Assembly: GCA_938050265.1 (NCBI GenBank)
Contig: CALLJT010000056.1
Location: forward strand, 1-37,995
Length of the DNA: 37,995 nucleotides
Direction of reading: 5' to 3'
Source of the DNA: Candidatus Saccharimonadia bacterium
GTDB taxonomy: Bacteria > Patescibacteriota > Saccharimonadia > Saccharimonadales > SZUA-47
Of this stretch, positions 1 through 7,237 are shown piece after piece. Positions within the stretch are counted from its first letter, which is position 1, and every line of letters starts with the position of its first letter. The notes beneath the pieces were generated by a model. The model ran no database searches, was not told the DNA's origin, and worked only from the letters and a program-made list of their open reading frames with translations. A program made the translations under genes and the position numbers.

Positions 1-784
1 GGTATGATGCGATCGGGATAGCTACCGCGAGCAACAGGAGGCTCCATGCAACCGCTTTCCAGCCGTAGCTGCCGATAGGTGTCCCGAGGATGAGCGCTCG
101 AATTGCCTCGACGACCTGGGTGATTGGTTGGTTTTCGGCAAATATCTTGAGGTACTTGCCCATACCGTCAGTCGGCGCAAAGGCACTTGATGCAAATGTG
201 AGCGGAAATATCATGACGAATGTCAGCCACTGCACCGCCTCGATGCTTTTGGCGAGCACCCCGACGATTGCTGACAGCCACGAGAACGCGAAGGTAAACA
301 GCAGCAGTATGCCGACGATTTGTACCCACTCGAACGCGCTTGCCTGCGGCCGAAAACCGATAACGAAGCCTGAGACGATCATAACGATTGTTGAGATGGC
401 GTTGCGGAATATGTCGGACACGACGTGGCCGTTGAGCACGGCAAGGTTTGACATTGGCAGGCTGCGGAACCGGTCTACAATGCCTTTCTGGAGATCGTTC
501 GTAACTGCAATCGCGGTCGTCGTTGACCCGAATGCAACGGTCTGCACAATGATCCCCGCCATCAAGAAATTAATGTAGCTGATGCCGTCTGGGAGCGCCT
601 GCTCGATGGAGCCACCAAACACAGACGCAAAGAGCAACAAGAACATAATCGGGGTAAAGAACGCTCCAAGTAACTGGTCCATATTGCGGATTATGTGCGT
701 ACTGCTGCGCTTGATCATGAGCAGCGAATCACGCATGAATGAACCGATTTTAGATCGTTTTTCGAATTCAAGTACAACCGGCAT
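1..784 (-). CDS. ABC-2 type transporter permease (DrrB-like), C-terminus outside the window
   Basis: Absent from the ORF track because it runs off the left edge. The minus-strand frame starts at ATG 784..782 and overlaps the TAA of the upstream ATPase by 1 nt (TAATG). My hand translation reads MPVVLEFEKRSKIGSFMRDSLLMIKRS...FFTPIMFLLLFASVFGG...VSGFVIGF...ILLLFTFAFSWLSAIVGVLA..., with several hydrophobic spans and no stop up to position 1. The position directly after a DrrA-like ATPase is typical. Confidence 0.8.
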   Translation of the reverse strand, partial: MPVVLEFEKRSKIGSFMRDSLLMIKRSSTHIIRNMDQLLGAFFTPIMFLLLFASVFGGSIEQALPDGISYINFLMAGIIVQTVAFGSTTTAIAVTNDLQKGIVDRFRSLPMSNLAVLNGHVVSDIFRNAISTIVMIVSGFVIGFRPQASAFEWVQIVGILLLFTFAFSWLSAIVGVLAKSIEAVQWLTFVMIFPLTFASSAFAPTDGMGKYLKIFAENQPITQVVEAIRALILGTPIGSYGWKAVAWSLLLLAVAIPIASY

Positions 785-1746
785 TAGAGGTCCCCTTCTT
801 CTTGCAGCTGCTGGGGCTTTGTGTCGGTAAGCGTCAGGAACACGTCGTCGAGCGTCGGCTTGTGGATGTCGATTGATGCTACTGGGATCTTTTTCTTTTT
901 CAGAGTGCCAAGAATTGCCTGTATATCAGTACCGTCTCCTTCAACAAGAAACGTTGCTTTTAGCGCGTCGGTATCGATGTTAGCGACTGTGTCTTTCATG
1001 GTGGTTTGGATGTGTTTGAGACCAGATTTGGTCTGTACCGTAATGACCAGTCTGTCTTGTCCGACCTGGGCTTTGAGCTGCTCTGCAGTCCCTTCTGCGA
1101 TGACTCGGCCCCCGTCAATCAGCACGATTGTGTCGGCGAGCTTGTCAGCTTCTTCGAGGTACTGTGTGGTGAGCAGGATTGTCGTGCCTTTGTCCATAAG
1201 GTTCTGGATGATATCCCACATGACAAGCCGCGAGCGCGGGTCAAGTCCTGTTGTTGGTTCGTCCAGAAAGATAACTGGCGGTGCTGCAATCAGGCTTACT
1301 GCGAGGTCGAGCCGTCTGCGCATGCCACCAGAGTATGTTTTGACGGGGCGCTCGGCAGCGTCGACCAGGTCGAATTCTTCAAGTAGTTCCTGGGCTCGCT
1401 CTGCCGCGCTTTTTGCAGTTAGTCGGTAGAGGCGGCCCATCATCACGAGGTTTTCTCTCCCTGTGAGTAGTTCATCTACCGCAGCTGATTGACCAGTGAG
1501 TCCGATCACCTCACGGACGGATTCTGCATGTGTCGTGACGTCGTTGCCTTCTACAGTGACTGATCCGCTATCTGGTTTTAGCAGTGTGCTGAGGATGCGC
1601 ACCATTGTTGTTTTGCCAGCGCCGTTTGGTCCAAGTAGTGCCAGCATAGTGCCTCGTTCAACGCTGAGGTCTATACCGCGGAGTACGTGGTTGTCGCCAT
1701 ATGATTTCACGAGATCTTTGACGACTATGACAGGAGCTTGATGCAT
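784..1746 (-). CDS. ABC transporter ATP-binding protein (DrrA-like, ABC-2 exporter subunit)
   Basis: 320-aa ORF with Walker A GPNGAGKTT, ABC signature YSGGMRRRLDLA and Walker B IFLDEPTTGLD. Translationally coupled to the downstream permease. Confidence 0.92.
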   Translation of the reverse strand: MHQAPVIVVKDLVKSYGDNHVLRGIDLSVERGTMLALLGPNGAGKTTMVRILSTLLKPDSGSVTVEGNDVTTHAESVREVIGLTGQSAAVDELLTGRENLVMMGRLYRLTAKSAAERAQELLEEFDLVDAAERPVKTYSGGMRRRLDLAVSLIAAPPVIFLDEPTTGLDPRSRLVMWDIIQNLMDKGTTILLTTQYLEEADKLADTIVLIDGGRVIAEGTAEQLKAQVGQDRLVITVQTKSGLKHIQTTMKDTVANIDTDALKATFLVEGDGTDIQAILGTLKKKKIPVASIDIHKPTLDDVFLTLTDTKPQQLQEEGDL

Positions 1747-1821
1747 TGTTTTTCGACTTTCTTATTCTGCTTATAGAATACCACGGAGAGAACGCGAAGC
1801 CTTGATAGTCTTACCCGTGCA

Positions 1822-2598
1822 CTACAGAATCTGTGGGATGTCGGACGTCGGAATGGAGAGAGCGTGTGCGACGTCGAGGAGTAAGTGACGTTCCTCTGCA
1901 TAGAGGTGTCGGTCTGCGAGTGCGACGCTGATGGCTGAGCTGAACATGAGTTGGCGTACGTTTGGAAATATATCTTCAGCGCGCGATTTGATGTCTGAGA
2001 GTTCGCCTGAGATGTCGTCGAGTGGGTGGTCGAAGCACTGTTTGAGTGCGGCTTCATCGGGCGCTGTGCCAGTGATGTTTTTGTACTGTTTGGCGATGGC
2101 TTTTCGTTCTTTTCGGTGCACTTTACCATCAGATTTACTAATGGCTATCAGTATACGGATGAGTAATGCGTCCTCGGCACGGAGGCCGTCTGTGACGTGC
2201 GGTTCGCTGTCTGTGATCCATTCGGCGTCAGCGTAGAGTATGGTCGACATCTGTTCTCTGCGCTCCTCTAATAGCTCAGCCAGCTCGCCTGCGTGCTCAC
2301 GGTATGACTCGTATGAGTAGTCAGATATATCTGCGTGTTTACTGTTGATGCGCTCAAGAATTTTGATGCGGTGCATGTTGCAGCGCTTACAGAGGCCTAT
2401 GAACGATATGATCTGCTCACTGCCGTCTATTGAGTCGGCGTGCTCGGCAACGTAGTCTTGGATCTGCACAAGAGTATGGGTGCTGTCTATGAGCCCCTGC
2501 GTTACGCGGTCGTATTGTTTGAGGCCTGGGTCAATGTCGTCTTCAAGCTCAAGCGTCGTGCGTAGCACGTCTTCGAGCTGTTTGTGTACGTTTCTCAT
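1822..2598 (-). CDS. Hypothetical protein with a C-terminal TerB-like (tellurite resistance TerB / DjlA N-domain-like) module
   Basis: The C-terminal half has the paired-helix TerB pattern (ALLIRILIAISKSDGKVHRKERKAI ... SSAISVALADRHLYAEERHLLLDVAHALSIP). I place the start at ATG 2598 (MRNVHKQ...) rather than the ORF-track 2691. The longer ORF overlaps the receiver gene by 70 nt, and TATACT (2605..2610 on minus) lies 6 nt upstream of ATG 2598. Confidence 0.6.
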   Translation of the reverse strand: MRNVHKQLEDVLRTTLELEDDIDPGLKQYDRVTQGLIDSTHTLVQIQDYVAEHADSIDGSEQIISFIGLCKRCNMHRIKILERINSKHADISDYSYESYREHAGELAELLEERREQMSTILYADAEWITDSEPHVTDGLRAEDALLIRILIAISKSDGKVHRKERKAIAKQYKNITGTAPDEAALKQCFDHPLDDISGELSDIKSRAEDIFPNVRQLMFSSAISVALADRHLYAEERHLLLDVAHALSIPTSDIPQIL

Positions 2599-2620
2599 GT
2601 CCCTAGTATACCGTACAGAC

Positions 2621-3061
2621 TTAGAGAAGTTCGGTGCTTGCGTCGAGGTCCATTGATTCTTCTTGGTCGGCTGGCATGAGAATGCTGTCAACTAATCGGT
2701 CAATTTGGTCGTCGCTGAGGTTGGCTTTGACGGCGTAGCCTTCAATGCCGTAGTCGCGGATGCCTTTTGGTGCGTCGACTTCGTTGAGGTTAGATATGAT
2801 GAATACTGGTATTGTTTTACCCCATTCGTTTTCACGCATGATCTGGAGTACTTTGTCACCGGCTATTTCAGGGATCATCAGGTCCATGAGTACCAGGTCG
2901 GGGACTTCCCGCTCGATTATTTCGAGTGCTTGCTTGCCGTCAAACGCGTTAAAACACGTGTAGCCGAGTAGTTCTAGCCTGATTTTATATATCTCGCCGA
3001 GGTGTTCGTTGTCCTCAACGATTACTATTTTTTGTGATTGTCCAAATTGTTCGTCATTCAT
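2621..3061 (-). CDS. Single-domain response regulator (CheY-like receiver, no output domain)
   Basis: 146 aa. Acidic pocket VEDNE, phospho-acceptor context DLVLMDLMIPE, and conserved Ser (FIISN) and Lys (AVKAN). No histidine kinase is present in the window. Confidence 0.88.
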   Translation of the reverse strand: MNDEQFGQSQKIVIVEDNEHLGEIYKIRLELLGYTCFNAFDGKQALEIIEREVPDLVLMDLMIPEIAGDKVLQIMRENEWGKTIPVFIISNLNEVDAPKGIRDYGIEGYAVKANLSDDQIDRLVDSILMPADQEESMDLDASTELL

Positions 3062-3118
3062 ACTGCTAGTGTATCACGTAGGGAGCGATCACGGTCAAAT
3101 GCTAGACCCACACTCACT

Positions 3119-4519
3119 TCAGAGGCAGTCTGGGACAACGGTGCCGGGGTCAACAGCAAAGCTTGGTGCGTTTTGCGACAGGTTCCAGTGCAGGTTACCA
3201 AACGGTGTGAGGTTGCTGCCGCTGGCGTTTTTGGTCCAGTAGCCTACAGGAGCACCCGGTTCGTACACGAGGTCGAACGAGTCGCTGCCCGCTCCATGCC
3301 AAGCCAGCACGCCGACTCCCTGTTCTGGTCCGATTTCGTACGCCGACGCAACACTGACGTAATGGTGTTCGGGTTCCGCCCCAAACCCAGCGATGGTGGC
3401 TGCATTGTCTGTGCGTCCGACTTCACCTATGATCAGAGCCATATCATTGTCGTGCACCGTCTGTATGTAGTTTCGCATCGAGTCAGATCCGGCTTTCCAC
3501 TCGGTGTACACATGGAAACTAAACAGCATGTTGCATGTGCCGATTGCTTGCACATCCGGCCCGTATTTAAGTATGGCAGAATCGGTTTGGTCGACCGTTG
3601 TGTAGCCGTTACTGTGGTGGTTTTCTTGACCGAAGTTGCTTCCGTCTACGACGATGATATTAGTGTTGCCGGTCGCGCGGATTGCACGTGTCATGTCGCT
3701 ATGTATGCGTTTCCAAATGTCATGGCTGGGGTCGTTGGTGTAGTGAGTCGGCTCGTTGAACAGGTTGAACCAGACGTATGGGTTGTCTGCATACCGATGT
3801 GCGAGGTCGACGAACTCTGATTCAATGGTGTCGTACTGCCACTGCTGGGGCGGTGAGCCTGCATGGTCGCAGTCATAGCGTCCTTCGAGCATGACGACTA
3901 TTTTTTTGGCTGTGTATTCTTGTATGATTGCGTGCACATCGTCATCTGGGTAGCTGCCGTAGTTCCGGTCTCCTTGTGCGTAGCAGCTGGTCAGTCGAAT
4001 CGTATTGAATCCCCAAGCGAGTGCGTCGTCAGACCGCCCGATTGTTTGGAGCTGTGTTTTGTTGCCATCCCATGCTTCAGGGCCGTTGACGTTGACGCCG
4101 ACAGGATAGAACACGTCACCGGCTGGGTCGATGATTTGTCTGCCGTGAATGAAAAACGACCCAGTCGCTAGACCACGGCTGGCAGTCTCGTCCCTGCCCC
4201 ACTGGCGCATAAAGTAGCTGAGGTCCAGGATGTTGACGACGTTGTCGTTCGTGAAGTCTGCTGTTGTGTCGTTGCTGTTCCAGCGACTCAAGAGGTATGA
4301 CAAATCGGCTATTGTCACACGAAAGTCGCCGTTCGTGTCTGCGATCGGCTCGATTTCGCCGCTGGACGTCCCCTGCACCGTAGGCTCGTCGATCGCCGGC
4401 GTGCTGGCTCGAATGTAGAGAAGTAGCGCTACAAGGCCAAGTATCAGTATGATAACGATTGCTCGTATATATGGGTGTACGTGCTTGGGCATACTGTGTA
4501 CCAGTATACGTTTTAACAT
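3119..4519 (-). CDS. Membrane-anchored glycoside hydrolase family 5 (cellulase/mannanase-type) with a dockerin-like module
   Basis: N-terminal hydrophobic anchor (IRAIVIILILGLVALLLYI). Two EF-hand-like dockerin segments (DTNGDFRVTIADLSYLL and DFTNDNVVNILDLSYFM). GH5/clan GH-A catalytic motifs FNLFNEP (acid/base Glu) and LIIGEVG (nucleophile Glu). Confidence 0.8.
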   Translation of the reverse strand: MLKRILVHSMPKHVHPYIRAIVIILILGLVALLLYIRASTPAIDEPTVQGTSSGEIEPIADTNGDFRVTIADLSYLLSRWNSNDTTADFTNDNVVNILDLSYFMRQWGRDETASRGLATGSFFIHGRQIIDPAGDVFYPVGVNVNGPEAWDGNKTQLQTIGRSDDALAWGFNTIRLTSCYAQGDRNYGSYPDDDVHAIIQEYTAKKIVVMLEGRYDCDHAGSPPQQWQYDTIESEFVDLAHRYADNPYVWFNLFNEPTHYTNDPSHDIWKRIHSDMTRAIRATGNTNIIVVDGSNFGQENHHSNGYTTVDQTDSAILKYGPDVQAIGTCNMLFSFHVYTEWKAGSDSMRNYIQTVHDNDMALIIGEVGRTDNAATIAGFGAEPEHHYVSVASAYEIGPEQGVGVLAWHGAGSDSFDLVYEPGAPVGYWTKNASGSNLTPFGNLHWNLSQNAPSFAVDPGTVVPDCL

Positions 4520-4553
4520 AAGCTTCGTCTACATGTGGCGCGGTACTCGTATA

Positions 4554-5651
4554 CTAGTACCAGCCGAAGCAGTCACGAACGGTGTTTTCAACATTTGGTT
4601 TACCGAGTATGTTGTAGCCTTTTTGGTCTTCTCGCGTCTGGTTCAGGTCGGTGCCGAAGTACACAGCCCAGATGTATCCACCACGAGTCCGCGTATGGAT
4701 GACGTCGCACCCTGCACGCAACCAGGCTTCCTGTAGCCATTCAGCGACACTATTGGTCCCTATTGCCGACCATGGATTCTTCTCTGCTCCGACTTCGCTC
4801 GGTATGCCGTACTCATGCACGATGAATCCGGGGTCGTCCAGGTACGCGCCCAGGTCATCGAACGTTTTGTTCCAGAATGCTTTTATTGGTGAGTTTTCAA
4901 TCTCACCCTCGTATGGGTAGTATGCGTCTACCCCAATGAAATCAAGATCATCTATGAATGGCAACGTATCGGTTGCGTCCCAGTTCATCGCGTAGGTGAT
5001 CGCTCCGTTGTAGTTTGATCGTGCTTGCGTGATGAGGTTTGTCCATTTGAAGCCGTACCTCTGCAGTGACGACAGTTCAACGCCCAGCACGAACGACGTC
5101 AGGTCGTACTGCTCAGATAGCTCGAGATACGGTGTTATTGCTCCATAGTACGACGCAAACCAGGCATCGATGTCTGTGGGTGTTATGGCTTGACGCTCAA
5201 ACGTGTCTGGGTCTGTACCGTCAACCAGCGGTTTGATGCTGGGTTTTATGTCTGCAGCTAGGAGTGCTTCGATGAGCAGTGTTATCTCTTCTATTGACGG
5301 AGTATCGTTCGTCGTACTGACGGTAGTGGATTCGTTGGAGTTCATGAACAGCGGTATGGCGATTGCTGCATCCGTAGTGCCGAACTGAGCTATCCGTGCA
5401 ACAAACTCTGACGTGTATGTTTGTACATCCTGGTCGAGCTGTGGTCGGTAGTACAGAATGTTAACACCGTTAATGGGCCGTTTTTGGTCGATGTCTTGCT
5501 GTGAGCTGGATGCAATGGGTGTTGTGGGCGGTTCAGTTGCCCGTTGGTGTAGATAGGCAACAACAACCGATGCGGCTATCATGCCGAGCAGTACGAGCGT
5601 TATAAACGCTGAGCCGTAGTGGAGGGTTTGTTTTCTGAGTGTCTGTTTCAT
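4554..5651 (-). CDS. Membrane-anchored putative TIM-barrel glycoside hydrolase (clan GH-A-like, family unassigned)
   Basis: N-terminal anchor (AFITLVLLGMIAASVVVAYL). Motifs typical of (beta/alpha)8 glycosidases: FVLGVELSSL, DFIGVDAYYPYEG, FIVHEYGIPS. The ATGA overlap with the upstream GT-C gene indicates an operon. Confidence 0.5.
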   Translation of the reverse strand: MKQTLRKQTLHYGSAFITLVLLGMIAASVVVAYLHQRATEPPTTPIASSSQQDIDQKRPINGVNILYYRPQLDQDVQTYTSEFVARIAQFGTTDAAIAIPLFMNSNESTTVSTTNDTPSIEEITLLIEALLAADIKPSIKPLVDGTDPDTFERQAITPTDIDAWFASYYGAITPYLELSEQYDLTSFVLGVELSSLQRYGFKWTNLITQARSNYNGAITYAMNWDATDTLPFIDDLDFIGVDAYYPYEGEIENSPIKAFWNKTFDDLGAYLDDPGFIVHEYGIPSEVGAEKNPWSAIGTNSVAEWLQEAWLRAGCDVIHTRTRGGYIWAVYFGTDLNQTREDQKGYNILGKPNVENTVRDCFGWY

Positions 5652-7237
5652 TGTGTATTCCTGTAGAGTGCTATGTCGTCGTTTGTATAGAACACACGAA
5701 ACGGCGTGGTTCCAGATGCAAGATCAAGTTCAGAGAGTGTGTCGAAATCCTGTCTTCTTGAGGTGACAACCCAGTCGGTTACAGTTGGGTCTTCGATTGC
5801 CTGCTCCCACTGCTCGTAGGCTCCTTCGTGTACGAACCTGTCAAGGTCGAGCGTACTGTGGAACATGAATGCTGCGTTAGTCGCCATAGAAACCAGCACT
5901 GTTTCGTCTTCCCCGACGTTGTTTCTGAGTACATGTGCAGCTTCGCGGTACTGGATCTGCCCTTCGCGCGCGTCGTCGATAATCGGTAGGCTACTAAACA
6001 TCATGTACCCATACGATACCATGACAAGCATGCCCGCAAGAGCGACAACTGCAGTGCGCTTCGATAGGACACTGACACCTATCGCTACAAACGGCAGCAG
6101 GAATATACCATAGCGCAGGTTCAGACTCGTCTCGTCACCGGCAATGCCAGCAACACGCATTATCGAAAACCCAAGCACCATCGTAACAACGTGGAAAATC
6201 GCAGGCGACAGTAGCAGGAGTATGAGAGAGATTTTTTGATAGTCGATAATCTGTTGTTTTGTGCGCTCAGTGAGTTTAGCGGACTTAGTTGTGGCTGTCC
6301 TGCGCTGTCGCACGGCAAGCCAGGTAAATAAGCCGATCGAAGCGATCACGACGGCTGGTGCCCCGAGTAGCAGAAGCGCAGATCCGCCGTATAGTAGTAG
6401 AGACAATAGTGGCTTGCCTTCTGAATCGACGCCGTATAGTTTTTGTCGTTCGGTAAATACGCTGGCAGAAAACTCGCCTCGTACGAAATCGAGCGCGTCA
6501 CCAGTGATGGTGTAGTTCCAGAGTAGCCACGCTGCTCCAGCGAGTGCAACCGGTAGTGACAATATGAACACGCGACCGATGTTTTCTCGGAGCGACATCG
6601 TCCGAGAAACAGTTTGCAGCCATATAGTCAGCCCTGCTTGTGCGGCGACGATAACCCAGCCTTCGTATCGGAGCAGTATCATGGCGCTGTTGACAAACGC
6701 AAGGATGGCGAGCCATTTGACGTTTCGAGAGGAGCTATATCTGAGGAAACAGTACACGCTGGCTGTAAACGTAGCGATGAATGGCACTTCTGACATAGAC
6801 GTAGACTGCAGGAACAGGACGGTTGGGTTGAGGCCAAACACAAACGTACCGACGGTGCTGGAGAGTTTGTTCTGCGTGATAAAAAATACGATTTTGTATA
6901 TGAAAAAACAACTCGCAACATAGCTTGCCATCGACAATAGGCTGCCCGCAAGGCTGCTGTGATACATGAAATCGTTCCAGATGAATGGTAGCTTCGCGAG
7001 ATGGCTGAGTGGCAGCCAGATAGAGCCGATTTGTTCGATGCCTGGCTGGATGTTGTCGAACACCGACCGAGCAATTATCAGGTATGAAACACCGTCGTCG
7101 TAGATGAACAGTAAGTCTTTAGCCTGAGTCAGCGCGAATGCAGCGATACTCAGGAGCGCAGTGATGCCGAGTACGATGCGGTGCCAGTGCCGTGCGAAGA
7201 TGTTAGGTGGTAGATCGGGAGTCGCTTCCGGTGTCAC
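5648..7237 (-). CDS. Polytopic membrane glycosyltransferase, GT-C fold (ArnT/PMT-like)
   Basis: 529 aa with more than 10 hydrophobic spans, an acidic YDDG motif after the first span and a soluble C-terminal domain. The GTG start overlaps the TGA of the GT2 gene (GTGA). Confidence 0.55.
   Translation of the reverse strand: MTPEATPDLPPNIFARHWHRIVLGITALLSIAAFALTQAKDLLFIYDDGVSYLIIARSVFDNIQPGIEQIGSIWLPLSHLAKLPFIWNDFMYHSSLAGSLLSMASYVASCFFIYKIVFFITQNKLSSTVGTFVFGLNPTVLFLQSTSMSEVPFIATFTASVYCFLRYSSSRNVKWLAILAFVNSAMILLRYEGWVIVAAQAGLTIWLQTVSRTMSLRENIGRVFILSLPVALAGAAWLLWNYTITGDALDFVRGEFSASVFTERQKLYGVDSEGKPLLSLLLYGGSALLLLGAPAVVIASIGLFTWLAVRQRRTATTKSAKLTERTKQQIIDYQKISLILLLLSPAIFHVVTMVLGFSIMRVAGIAGDETSLNLRYGIFLLPFVAIGVSVLSKRTAVVALAGMLVMVSYGYMMFSSLPIIDDAREGQIQYREAAHVLRNNVGEDETVLVSMATNAAFMFHSTLDLDRFVHEGAYEQWEQAIEDPTVTDWVVTSRRQDFDTLSELDLASGTTPFRVFYTNDDIALYRNTQ

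Noticed and set aside
821-1429. Long antisense or alternative-frame ORFs inside well-supported genes. Examples: 821..1429, 3038..3820, 10804..11340, 11883..12509, 21311..21799, 34442..35254, 16082..16555.
   Set aside because: Each lies wholly within a gene on the other strand or frame that has clear family motifs. Their translations are Ser/Arg/Cys-rich and low-complexity with no recognisable motifs. They are typical shadow ORFs.
7234-7237. Possible stop-codon reassignment (UGA read-through, as in some candidate-phyla lineages).
   Set aside because: TGA terminates several genes exactly where the next gene starts (GTGA at 7234..7237, ATGA at 5648..5651), and the protein ends have sensible lengths. 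This is consistent with the standard bacterial code.
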